Source of the DNA: Raillietiella orientalis | Lineage: Eukaryota | Assembly (NCBI GenBank): GCA_036172245.1 | Contig: JAYWIR010000022.1 | Span: 1,860,001 to 1,924,000, forward strand | Direction: 5' to 3' | DNA: 64,000 nt | Part shown: positions 24,474 to 36,480 of the stretch, piece after piece | How positions within the stretch are numbered: position 1 is the first letter of the stretch | Layout of the letters: every line of letters begins with the position of its first letter | Translations under genes and position numbers: made by a program | The notes under the pieces: generated by a model | Told to the model about the DNA's origin: nothing | The model's database searches: none | What the model saw: the letters and a program-made list of their open reading frames with translations, nothing else

Positions 24474-27469
24474 TTTAAAGCATATCTTGATCTGTGCAGA
24501 ATCTTATCCTGGATTTAGATTTCCTGCATTCCTAAATGTGGAGCAATAATGAATTAGAACGTATCTTCACAATGGCTGAATCTGAATGCACTTTACACCA
24601 AAAATCATTTAAATTCGGTTTACGTTAAAAATATCAACCTATGGTTACACGAAAAATTTTATTGCTTTTCAAATTTTATTGTAAGGTTTTTTTAAAAAAA
24701 ACAATGCTTTACCCCATTTCACGTTCCCGTATATAATTCCCAAGTTATTTCAACTTAACACAGCACTACAATATTCGATATTGATAAACAAAATGATCTA
24801 TCAATTATTAATAGTTTGATCATCTTCAGAAAATCGCCAGTTCACAGTTTTCACTCTGCCAATTTCTGTGACTTTGAGTGGTATGCATCACTTTAAATTC
24901 ATCAGCAGTCAAGAAATGGCAGCTATTTGATACATTTGTTGTGCAAAACGTTACTAAAGGTCACGAAATGAGATAGCACACAAAATAATTGATTTCTTAA
25001 CCGTAGTGGTAATAACTTTGGTAGTACCAAAGCTGCTTAATGTCACCGCTCTTGTTAATAATGAAGCTTTTTGTTCTACTCACCCATATTGCACATGTTG
25101 AGGTTTCAGTAGGCTATTCATCAGTCGCGAATACCCATGATCTGATAAACCTGTTTAATTTGAAAGATAAAAGGGTTTTCAAATACAAATGAGCTTCCTA
25201 CTTCATCATTGTCGAAATCATGTTTTCATTTTTAAGATCATGTTCGTCATTCGATAAGGGTGCATTCGTCAGGTGCAATCCATTCCTCGGTATTCCTTCC
25301 AACGAATAGCTAGCTTCCTCTGTGGGTATTCTCAAGGCTGTTTAGCATGCCAAATGTCAATCGACGGAGTTGCCAACTTATTAACGAATAGGAAAATTAC
25401 TCCTCAGATTTCATAGTACTTTCCATTACGGGATTCGAAGCACGGCAATTTTTAAAAACAGTTTACCATTATTGGAAATGGCAAACAAAAATTTCGCTAT
25501 TCTGTTTCGAAACGTTCATCCGTCGTTTATAACGTTTACTCGTTCAAATAGGGAAAACCCCTCTTCCCTCCCCCCCTTCCCCCTCTGTAACTTTAAACTG
25601 CATTTCAATCAACTCTTTAACCACATTTCACATTTAACCACTCTTCAACCATTGATTTCATCAAGCGGTTTATCTCTTACAAATATCACCTCCATCCTTT
25701 TAGCATTATGAATTTTTTTTCAAGAGTTTTAATAATAAATAATCGAATTGATAGATGCATGAATGATTGTTTCGAAAAATATTTCATAAATCCGTAAATT
25801 TGCATGCTGATCTTTAGGCATGCTTTTTGACTAGTGTTGCTTAGAGTTATTTCCTAGGGAGATCTTTATAATACTTTAACAAATAATTAAATGAAATAGT
25901 CAACTTGCCTGATTTATTTGTCTGATTTTTTTTTTATACAGGGCTTTCTCAATTAATAATCTTTGAGAATCATAAGGCAAGCATTTACAAATTATCGCTA
26001 TAAACATGCAGATTTGTAACCAACCGTGTGATTTTTATAGGTATTTGGAAACTCCATTTTTTTTCCAATTCCATAATAACATAAAAACATTTACGAAAAT
26101 TTTACGTTATCTCAAACTATTGAGCTGGCACAGTTTCTACTCTGTCGGAATACTGTTTTGCTTAAGTTGAAGGGCATAACACAGGAACAGTAATCTTTTG
26201 TACACTACCAAACCTATCCAAAGATGGATGAATCGGCCTATAATCAAAGTAATTTCAGTTTTGGAAACTTATGTAAAATAATTAACATCTGCAGAATATG
26301 GGACGTGACTTGGAAATTGAGTATAAAGCCATTCGTTCATTAATATGATTTAAGTGTTAACTTAAAATTTCATTGCTAAATCAGTAATAGCGATGATCGC
26401 TTTAGGTCCATAAAGCAATGAATGCTTAAATTGATCACAAATAAAATTACCTTTAACAAGATGTTCAAATAAGTAACTCGACAAATAACTGTTTTTTTTT
26501 TTTTTAAATAATACTTGGTAACTCTTGTATCTACAAAGCCAACTCTTTGTAGTCAACTAATTTACACAATATTCAGCAACTGATTGCTGGAATGGCAGTA
26601 TCGTATGCACATTGAAAATCCGAACATAACATAAGAGAGTTTAAATACGTACACTCAGATACTGCCTCATTATACATCAGCCATAACTCAGCACCCGACA
26701 CCTTTGATTCAATGGAAATCATCTGCAGCCATTTTTGGACACTGTTTTTTGTTCATTACTGAATTGAACAACAGTAAAGGTGGCATTGCACAAATGGTGG
26801 TGGTTCTTTAAAGCACTCATTTTTCCATTTCTTGTAATGACAACAAATAATATCGTTGCCAAGATTACACTGCCAACTTAAAGGGCATGAAAATTAATGG
26901 AAAACAGTGTCACAAAATAAACTATCAGGTTTCTGGATATAGTTATCAGTACTTGGATTCTTCCGAAATAAAGCAATTAGTCTATCTGATTAACAGGATA
27001 AGACTCTCTCAGTACCTATTCGAGGGGATTTTTCAAAATTCTTACATTCTTACATTCTTACTTCTGCATCAAGATTTTGGCCCTCCTGTGCTGGATGAGA
27101 TTGGTTCAAGGATTTTAAATATCGTGGGATTTGAAACCCAGAGCAATGTCGCAAACAAATGCAGTGATATACTGATGTGTCGGTTTTGGTTGAAAGAACC
27201 AGAGAGTAATTTCGATGCAATATCTTATAGTGGAACTTTATTATCGAGAGCCATCTCTTGAAGCTGGTCCGGTACTGTCTGGTGCACGTTAAGTACTCAT
27301 GCAAAGATGGGTTAGTTCCATCGAGACTCTAAATTCTGACAGTTTCCATTCCCATGCGTTGGAATCTTTGAAATATGTTCTTTGCATGTTCAGCTTACTC
27401 TGCATTTCACTTCCCGAGATGATACTTTGCACACATTCCTGTCCAAATGTGTGATTTCATGGTGCTCTA

Positions 27470-27700
27470 GTTTATTTAGGCTCGTTGTTAGCAATTGTAC
27501 TTGTATATACATTTTTATTCTTCATGGAATATCAATATAAGGGGTTTCACTTTTCCATTAAGCACATGAGAGAACATTGGGAACAGATGGACACACGTGC
27601 ATGTCATTTGCTTCGATATGAAATCACACACGTGTCCATTCATCATCGAAAAGGTCATCCAATGTGCAACTTCAATGCTCCACATTGAAGACACATAAGT
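27470..27700 (+). mobile_element. Decayed Ty3/gypsy RNase H relic
   Basis: LLAIV...FMEYQYKGFHFSI...LLRYEITHVSIHHRKG (cf. ELLAIV...FHQYLYGxHFxI...LLRLQxYDxxIxYRKG). Confidence 0.4.
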
Positions 27701-28230
27701 GACGTCAGACACATAAAAGCCAAAAACTATGAACAATATCAAAGATTACCCAGGAAGTTCCAGGAAAGCTGTTCCAAGTCTGGAGGACTTTCGAGTGATT
27801 AAACGAAGATCTGAAAGCCATTTAACAGTAGTGACGTAAAGAAGCTGCAAATCGAATCCTATTCCAGGCTTTGTAAAATGTTGGTTTGTTGACAGAGAAT
27901 AAATAGGCTTCAAATTTTTCTAGAAATGAATATAATGCACCTTGGATTTGTTTCCATTGTTATCCTTAATCTTATAAATACTTTTATCCTTCTGATATTC
28001 TCAAAATTGGAATTCCGATCTTACCAGATGAGCACCTTTAAAATTGCACTTCCGTCTAATCATAAGGCTTTTACCACTACACAGGTGCTATACAGTACAC
28101 TAAACTTTCCTCGATCAATAGAAAGTGTTGCAATCGTTTAAATTCCAAGACTTCATTGGGGCATAAGTAGCTTGAACTGCTTGGCTTTGCATTGTACAAT
28201 TCCAAAAAGAGCTAGAGTGACCACTGAAAG

Positions 28231-28297
28231 GTTTCTCAAGAGCTCAATCTGCAAGGATCTTCTCTGAGCATTCTTGCAGATTGAGTTGTTGAGAAAC
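28231..28297. repeat. 67-nt hairpin-forming inverted repeat
   Basis: ctcaatctgcaag (28243-28255)/cttgcagattgag (28273-28285) perfect 13 bp, plus gtttctcaa/ttgagaaac outer arms. Confidence 0.9.
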
Positions 28298-28870
28298 ATC
28301 TCATAATGGACCCAGAATCCAGAAAAAAATACGAAGCATCTTGATCTGGGGATTGTAGTGATGTCGAGATAGTTGCTGTTCTAACACTGCTTCTTTTATG
28401 TACCTACTGGAATTCTCTTTGATAATATCTCTTTGAACGAGAATAATCATTCTCTTTGAAAATATCTCTTCACATACGGACAAATGATTGCTCTTTGCAA
28501 TGAATACGATTAACTTCACTGTTTCTACGATTGGATTCACCATTCTTTCAAAGAAAGGGACTTCTTCCTCTACCTGATATACCTAATAACCCATTGCATG
28601 GACCACAGAAGAGATATGCTTATGCGTCAATCCTTGCTGAGTGTTCAAAGGCATTCCTAATGAACAGCATAAATGGAAGCAGGGAGTGAATTGAAGGGAC
28701 ACTGCTTCCATTACGTGTTGCAGCTGTTGCTATTCTTGTACTGTATCGTGATTTTATGGCACCAAATTCGTGCAATAAACCCTCTTGGCTGATGGACACT
28801 AATAAAGCTTCAAGCTCAATCCCAAATAATATAAGCAAATTTGTAGAGTAAATCTTTATGACTTCCAAGA
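28290..28870 (-). mobile_element. Decayed Ty3/gypsy RNase H / integrase Zn-finger relic
   Basis: IELEALLV (cf. IEKEALA), SNHLSVCEEIF..RMII (cf. RDELSVxDGxL..RIVVP), QIKMLRIFFWILG (cf. KMKxLARxxxWWPG). Confidence 0.4.
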
Positions 28871-29195
28871 GCAGCGGATGCTTCGAGCTGGGATTTACCT
28901 AAAGTTTTCACGTCACCAGAGGTTAAAAGGCAAAAAAGAGTTCTGTGATGAACCAGAAAAACATATCTAGAGTACCAATTCGTTTTATACTGATGATTAG
29001 AAGACTTTAGGACAAGATAATGTCACGAGAACAGTGAATGGACTGCATCGAATAAAGGGAGTAGGATCTTTAGAATTTTCACCAACTCCATCTTCATGTC
29101 CTGTACATCTTGATCTGTTTGTATGAAGTTATGGAATGGCCTGCAGAAATCCTTCGTCTACATCAGCCTTGGTTAATACTAGCTCTTCTTGGACT

Positions 29196-30010
29196 TCAGT
29201 GTTCTGAGGGATGTCCCAGCACATGGATCCTGTATATATCGCGGCTGTATCGGTTGTTGGAGGCAACCATAAGGTGCCTCAGTTTTTCGAGTCACAGCCA
29301 TGAGATCTTCAGTTCTCACATTACTTCTCACTCTGGAGGTCCCAGTACCCTAGAAAGCTGACTATCAGTTCTGGGGAGTCACCGGAACGTCCTTTGTTGA
29401 CAGGAAGACAGCACAGTCTTGTGTTTGATCTTCCTCTATCGAGCACTTGAGAACGAGTCATGAATGCTCTCCAGGAAGCAGGCAAAGTCCAAGATGACCA
29501 TTCTTCTTCCCCTGTTTCTAGCAGCACCAGATCCAAGCAGACGAGAGTCCACTCTAGAAAAAGCTCCTCCCAGATCTTCGGCCTGTGAAGCGATGCGTTG
29601 CATCGCCGAATGTACTTGGAGAAAAGTGCCACAAGCAGTGATTTAGCACATGTGATACTATTTCCTCTTAAACCTGACATCTGTAACGAAGATCTCCCTT
29701 GCGATATTCAATGTCTCTGACTCGGAATCCAGGTAGCATGGATGGATCTGAAAATTCAATGTCTCTTCCTTGAAGTGAGGGAGTGACTCGAGATTCGGAG
29801 CATTCCAACCTATGTCATGGCTCTTTCCAATTCTCTGCAATATTCTGTCAGGGGATGCCACTCTTGACAGCGCTAACTTCCTCCTCATGGCTGCATTGAA
29901 TGTATTTTTGCAGGAGATGACCATCTTTGGCTCTCTATCTGTAAACGTCCATTTTGCTCCCTGATGATGCCAATGACATCCTCCCAATGCCCATAAGTTT
30001 CTTCCACCCA
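29196..30010 (-). mobile_element. Utopia/NeSL-type RLE non-LTR retrotransposon, decayed 3' part (copy A)
   Basis: FRSIHA, RYRCQV*EE, VSHVLNHC (CCHC knuckle), VDSRL...MVILDFACFLESIHDSFSSAR*RK (restriction-like endonuclease), LIVSFLGYWD, LRHLMVASNNRYSRDIYRIHVLGH (cf. Utopia C-terminus MRRLMVSDTIRWSRDIYxEHxxG). Confidence 0.75.
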
Positions 30011-30299
30011 TGTTATTCCTTTGAAATAGTGTGGGAAGGTATCATGAAGGAAATTCACCCCATTGCAGCATCTGTAAACCAAACGAAGGTCCTCTTTTCC
30101 ACTCATTTTTGAGAGAGAGTTGCTCGTGCGGGCGTTAGCACTGCCTGATCTAAAGTGAGAAACTTGTGATCGTCTAGGGTGATTGCATCCTCCTCGTCAG
30201 GGAGATTCATGGAGCTCAGACATCCTTTGCAGCATTTTCCAAATTGTCATTCGTTGGCTGCTCAGCTAGGTAGGGGTGCAGGTATTCCGTGATCCTCTA

Positions 30300-31160
30300 G
30301 ATGCAGCTTTCTCTAATAGAAAATTACAAAGATGAAAGGAAAGTCATGAGCTGTGTTAGACTGCACCAAGACTGCAGAAATTTCCTAACTTCAGGTGACC
30401 ATCTCAGATTTGCAGATTATCGCTTCATCCATGCCCCAACCAATTAGAGGAGAGGCAAGAAGATTGCCAGCCGATCGCTTATGCCGTAGATGTAACATTC
30501 GGGATGAGATGCTGCCACACATAATAAATCATTGTATGAGACACTTCTCCATGTACATCATTGGCATAATGCAATCGTGATGAGATTGCAAGCAGTCGAC
30601 ACAAGATTAGGAGGATGCCAGCTGATAGCTGCGGACCAACAGGTCCCTGGAGTGGACTCTCCGCTAAGGCCTAATCTGGTACCCGAAAAATATGGAAAAT
30701 GGATCATTGTGGACGTCATTTGTCTATTTGAAAGCAGAAAAGATGATTTTGCAAAAGCACATCATGAAAAAGAAGAAAAATACGAAAATCTAATCCACAA
30801 GATCATCCAGCCATTCAGAACAGCCCATTATGCAAGTCTTCATCGTGGGAGCACTGGGATCCCGGGATCCCAAGAACGGTGCCGTGCTGAGAACATTAGG
30901 AATTTACAAAAGAAACTCAAGCAAGATAAGAAAACTGTCCGTATCGTCCTGCATAAGGTTTAGCAGAGATATCTACTGAACTAACAGACTGGGGCGCCTA
31001 CCGGACAATGGCAGCGAATCCTTGGAGTACGTTCTGAGACAGGCTACCTCTCCAGCCAAACCGTAGTAAGCCGAGCATCGCATAAGAAGACACAGGAAGA
31101 TTAGGCAGAACCTTCGGCAGTGATAAGAAAATGTACCACCAACTAACTGGATAAAAAAAG
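30300..31160 (+). mobile_element. Utopia/NeSL-type RLE non-LTR retrotransposon, 5'-truncated (copy B)
   Basis: KVMSCVRLHQDCRNFLTSGDHLRFADYRFIHA (cf. RFADWRFIHRARLN), CRRCNIRDEMLPHIINHC, HNAIV, GVDSPLRPNLV...IIVDVICLFE...EKY, IVGALGSRDPKN, CIRFSRDIY; short A-run near 31153. Confidence 0.85.
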
Positions 31161-33239
31161 GTATTTCGTGATCCTCTTGATATGCCTATTTAACAGAATC
31201 CAGTCAGACTTTTAACCTCTAGAAATGGACCAGGCTGTGAAAGGATAGAACTTCGAGAGCATCTATTTTCTGCCAGGTGGATATCCCGAGTCCAGAATCA
31301 TCTCCTTCTTGGCCTTTGTTCTATCCATCGTAGAGAATATCTCGACCGAAATATCTCAAGACCGAATTGCTGGTAGGATTCACCTGCAACTAGAATTTTT
31401 TCCAGCTTTCAGTATTGTAGGAAGAATGGAAAATCTGCTTTGCTACACATCCCACTAAACTATAGAGGGAGAGAAAAAAAAACTGCCAAGAGCATTAGTA
31501 TGCATATGGACGAATCAATTAATCTTTCACTGTTCTTCTGCATACATAATTAAGAGAATCATTAAGCTTTGACCCAATATTCAATTCCATAACCTGAGAC
31601 GCTTCCTTTGAATTTCTCGTGGAATAGGATTGGAAGGGTGCGATACTCGCTCGAGGTCCCGTAATTTGGATCACTCTCCCGATAAGAGTAGAGTACCTTA
31701 CCACATCCATCCTGGAGAGAAGCGAGACCGAAGCTTCAAGAAAAGACGGGCGCTAGATCGCGCATGTCTGAGAATGGGAGTTTCGTGCCTTTTTGAAAAG
31801 CTGGTGTGCTCGAGCAGGGACCCACGATAAGCTAACATCATCTTGAGGTTAAACTAGCGAAATTGGTCAGTTCCTAAAGAAGAAGGTCATTGCAAGCCTC
31901 TCACTTGTTCGAATCATGGATGCCTCCAAGAGCCATGATAGCTCCCCAAGAGGATCGATGCATAAGGTGCCTTGAAATCTCGTTCCAGGATGCAGCGATG
32001 ATCTTGTCTCCTTGTGCGGCCGATCAGAAAGTATAAACGGAAAAAGTATAAACGTAAAGTAGAAATGGAAACTCTTTCAATGTGAAAGTCCATAGCGATT
32101 GAAGGATTTTGCTCGTGACTATTCCGGGTTTTATGCGATTTCCTGTGCCTTTTGGTGACTGCTAGACCCTTCTTACAGAACCACATGCGCGACATTCAGA
32201 TGCTTCGTTCTCAGTAAGCAAGTTATTGATTAGTGAAGACGATCTTTACCAAGTGATAGAATTTTAAACACTAAATGAACTGAATGAGACGCTAAATGAG
32301 ATCAGATGCTCTCATCGTGAGAAGCAAAGGACTTCCTTCCTCGAAATTATCTGTGCATTCAGTAGTTGCTATGGCAATTACAGACGGTGCTCTGGAGTGT
32401 GATTGGTGTGGACTACATAACGCTGATTGAGAATTGCCAATCTTGGGAATTTCCGATCAGTCAGTTCCGCATTCCATACCTTGGAGAATCATGCAATGCT
32501 GGAAGCCGGACAAATCTCGTGGTGTTCGTCTGATCTCCACTTTCCTCCAAAGCTCATCGCTGGCTTCAGACCGCTGAAAATAAGGTGTAGCTCACGTTGC
32601 GAACAAAAGGGTGGCTCATTTGCAGGATTCTGTTCAGCCATCCATTTCCATGAACCTTTTTGAAGCTGGAGATTATAGTTTGCTCGTCAACCTCTGACTA
32701 TTCGAAATTCTCACAGAAGTCTCCTGCATTCGCTTCTACTTTAAAGCTTCCATCATTCATGAAGAAAGGGCGGCATGGAATGGATCTACGAAAGGAATCT
32801 GAATAGAGCAATGGATGGGAAACGATCTGTGCACAACCCATTGCTTTCACTGGCAAAACGCTAGTCCACACAGCACAGCATCGCACTTTGCGGTAATTCG
32901 CTCGAGGGCTGAGGGAATTTCTTACGAACACGAAAACTCATACCCAATTTTCAGGAAAGAAAGAAAAGAAAAATCGTTTTGAACACTTAGAGCCGGGAGG
33001 CAAGATTTCGAAAGATAGCTTCATGTACATTTTCGTGTACATCTTTGCGAATGTCAACTGGCTTTAAAGCTTTGCAGCTCTCGATCCCTCTGCCATTCGG
33101 AAAAGAAGCTTATCCTGTGAGTAAAAGAAGCATCCGCAATCTCTACATGCCCTGTCCGACGTGGAATGAAAGTTTCGTTCAATCTGATGGCGAAAACGCA
33201 AAGCGGGGTCATTTCTGTATGCTGCTGTCTGGTTGCGAA

Positions 33240-35500
33240 GCTTTCCAATCATGCAGTTCACTTCACGAGTGGAGCACGAAATAGAAGTGACCGTCCGCTG
33301 TCGCTATTGCACCCAAACCTCCCGTTTCCCAGTTCTTTCCTTCTGCGAGCATGCTATAAGTGCAAGAATTCTCAAAAGCTTCTGGACTCTCGTCAACCAG
33401 CCACATTGCAGCTGGTGATGCCCTTCTGTGCCACATTTCTCATAGGGATCTCATCCATCCACTTTCCTCTTCAGATCTTCAAAACTTTCTTTCTGAGTGG
33501 TAGGTTTCTCCAGCAGCCGGGAGATGGCAGCTGCCTGGACTACAAATGAAGTTCGGAATTCATCGTTCTCCCCATCCCCTTACCGACAAAATTCACATCG
33601 AATCCAATGTAGAAGCCAGTATTCGTGCACACATTTCTATCAGTACACCACAATCAGTCTACAATCTTTTTCGTTGCAGAGCAGGAAGAAAAACGTCGCA
33701 AAGTTTCCGTTTAGCTTTCGTTCGAAGACCGCCGCAACGTTCAAAGAAATGTACATAGGCCCCATCTCGAAATCACTTCCCTCCTCGTGTCAGCTTCCTC
33801 CTGTCTTTGACGTTTCCTCGTTCCGTTCCTCCCGTAAGACCCTTTCGCAAGGTCCCTAATGCAAAACTGTATGTGATTTATCATTGGAAACAAGGAAACC
33901 ACTCTGTTGAGAAGGTGGAACCGAAGCACGAAAAATGATCGGAAAGCTATTGCATTAGGCAGCAGCTACGAGATTTGGGGAATGTAGTCCATGAGGAACA
34001 GGGGAAACTATTCATAGCTCGCTGTAGTCAAATGGTCGGTACCACAAATGGAATAAATTACGAAAACTGAAAGGTAATGATTAGTTGTTTCCCAACCATT
34101 TTCGTCACAGTTGTCCTTAACAGAGTAGAATGAAAGTTGCATTTCGGAAAGCCGGCAGGTTCATTTCTATTTGTCAGGTTCAAACCGACTGGTCCAGCAG
34201 AGAACGCCTTGGGACGCCTTCAGCTTAAGAGCTCAGGTACACCACGACTGCATGCGCAAGAACTTTGAAGATCCCAGAGCAGTGCGGTTATCGAAGGATA
34301 ATCCGTGTTTTTCGAAGCAGTCAAGTATTAATTTCGATCCTGGAAGTCCAGGATGTTCCAGGACCTTAGGAGGATTTTTTTAAGAGGAAACGTCGATTTT
34401 GACTTGTGCAATTCCACCCGAGAGCATAGGGATACGGAAACCGGTTTCCGTATCCTTGTGCTCTCCAAACCTTGTCCTTTATGTGTCTTTGAACCCTGTT
34501 CCACAGAGACAGAATCATTTCTGAGGGAAAGTTTGCCTGCCTCTGTTTCTGGGAACTTACAAGTCTGCACTGGAATTCCTTAAAAAACCGATTACTTCTA
34601 TTCTGAAAGCGCTATGGGTTGTTGTCGTGATTCGCGCCTTGAGGAAAAAATCTACAGAACCCACGAAGACCCAATTTCAAGTTAATGCTATTCATGATGC
34701 ACAAACACTTGCATTTCGTTGGCGAGTAAGCACACGAAAGACCATTTTTAGAAATTTTAGAAAATGGATGGATGCTGGAATGCTAATCAGGACTTTCTGA
34801 GCCATTCTGAAGAAGAAAGAATCTTGAAATTGGCTTCTCTCTTATAACAGTGTACCACCATACTCCTTCATGATACAGCATTAGCAAACGCAGCTTTATA
34901 ATACCATATGTTATTGAGTTCGTGCACTCAGGCAGTGTCAATGTACTTGCACGAAATGGCCCATCTAATAACGGCAAGAAGTGAAGCGCCACTCTATGAT
35001 TAGATTTTCTATTCATTCTTATTCTCTGCTTAGAAACTTCGAAGATAAGAAAGCATGTCGAAATTATGTGGACGAAATGGGATTTGCATGATTTTTCTGT
35101 GCTTGAAATTATGCCTGGTGTACAGAAACTTGGTTGGTGAATTCATTCAGGCGTCAGTAAGCGAAAACAAAAAAATGAAACAACAACAACAAAAAAGAGT
35201 AAAAAATCATTCAGCAAATCTCAGTTCATTCGTATCTCGCTCTAGGTTCGTTCATGAAGGAAGAAGAGATTCTGTACCAAACTCGATGACATGCGCTGAT
35301 TTTCCAACGAAACAGCACGAATCGAAAATTGCCAATCGTGGGTGGTTGCTATTTCAACTGTCAGTTGAAATCTGTAGCACTCCTGAACTTCGGATTTTCC
35401 TGATCGAGCCGCTTTTAACATCCGTCTGTTTGTGCTTACACGCCATTCCTTGGCACCGATATTGGTAAAATCAAAGAGGTTTCCTTCCATTTTGTCATAG
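33240..35500 (+). mobile_element. Decayed Ty3/gypsy pol relic (RT to integrase)
   Basis: RVEHEIEV, QKLLD, GDGSCLDYK (cf. DGSxRxCxDYR), FPFSFRSKTAATFKEM (cf. MPFGLxNAPATFQR), DLGNVV, LEILENGW, VIEFVHSG, STPELRIFLIEPLLTS (cf. GxPExIxSDNGPQFTS), in the correct order. Confidence 0.55.
34420..34465. repeat. 46-nt near-perfect palindrome with 26-nt perfect core
   Basis: ggatacggaaaccggtttccgtatcc (34430-34455) equals its own reverse complement; flanks gagagcatag/ttgtgctctc differ by two transitions. Confidence 0.95.
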
Positions 35501-35740
35501 CTATTTTGAACCGGTTCTCTTTCTTCTCTTTGGTTTTTGTTCATTGTTTTGGATATAGGAAGTCTCCTCAAGAAGAGGAGATTTACACCAGATTCTGTAG
35601 TTTATTTGGTATGGGGGCGTGTTTTCTTCTGCGATGCTGTCTTCCTCTTCAATGGGACTTCCAACGATGCCATTTAAGTTTCCGAAGAATTCTTTAGCAT
35701 CACTTTCTTCTAGTGCCGGGATTTCTTCGGATGTTTCTAG

Positions 35741-36480
35741 TCCTACCAATAAGAGGAGCAGCAAGAAGATTACCAGCCGATCGCATATGCCGAAGGTGCA
35801 ACTGTCAGGATGAGACATTACCACACATATTGAATCACTGAGTAATGCACTTCCCGATGTACACCTCGCAACACAATGCAATCGTGCTGAAACTGCAAGC
35901 AGTCGCCACAAAGGTAGGAGGATGCAAGCTAGTATCGGTGGACCAAAGGATACCCGGAGTCGACTCCCTGTTGAAGCCAGATCTCGTCTTTGGGAAACAA
36001 GGAAAGTGGATTATAATGGACGTTACTTGCTTATTCAAAGGCAAGGAAAACGTTCACGGAAGCAAGAAGGAAAAAGGAAGAAAAATATGAAAATCTCATC
36101 CACAGCATGAACCAGACCAGCAAAACTGCCATCATGCAAGTTTTCATCATGGAAGCCTTAGGATCGTGGGATCGCAAGAACGCTAGCCTGCTGAGACTAC
36201 TAAGAATAAAAGAAAACAGCGCCAGCAAGTTAAGAAAATTGGCCATACCCTGCTGCATCAGGACAAACAGGGACGCACAGACTCGGGCATGCACCCAACG
36301 ATGCAAGCGACCCCATCCTCTACATAATGAAGGGGTGACAACCCAAAGACCAGTCCACTGGCAACGATGCAAGCGACCAACTAAACAGCAGCTCATCGAT
36401 CATCATGGAACATCTGGAAGAGCAGTCAGAGCCAGCGAGAATGATTCTGCAGGTGTAAAAAGAATTCATTTAATAAAAAA
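35741..36480 (+). mobile_element. Utopia/NeSL-type RLE non-LTR retrotransposon, 5'-truncated (copy C)
   Basis: LPIRGAARRLPADRICRRCNCQDETLPHILNH*, HNAIV, GVDSLLKPDLVFGKQGKWIIMDVTCLF, ALGSWDRKN; alignable by eye to copy B at the nucleotide level; ends in aataaaaaa near 36472-36480. Confidence 0.85.

Noticed and set aside
24990..25125. EMRE/SMDT1-like peptide (LLKPQHVQYGFGTTKVI)
   Set aside because: No transmembrane segment or acidic tail in any consistent spliced frame.
25405..25485. tRNA-like TTCGAATC box (- strand) and U4-like ggcaattttt (+ strand)
   Set aside because: No cloverleaf with proper D and anticodon arms, and no U4 5' domain.
26040..26350. + strand mini-exons around a 46-nt GT-AG segment
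   Set aside because: No continuous frame or recognisable product.
26594..26620. 13-nt match to U4 snRNA (tggcagtatcgta)
   Set aside because: Flanks do not continue the U4 sequence; compatible with chance.
31300..31343. Weak similarity to the U2 snRNA 5' end (cttcttggccttt...cta) downstream of Utopia copy B
   Set aside because: Only about two-thirds identity with gaps, it is the wrong half of U2 for a downstream flank, and it is not at the junction.
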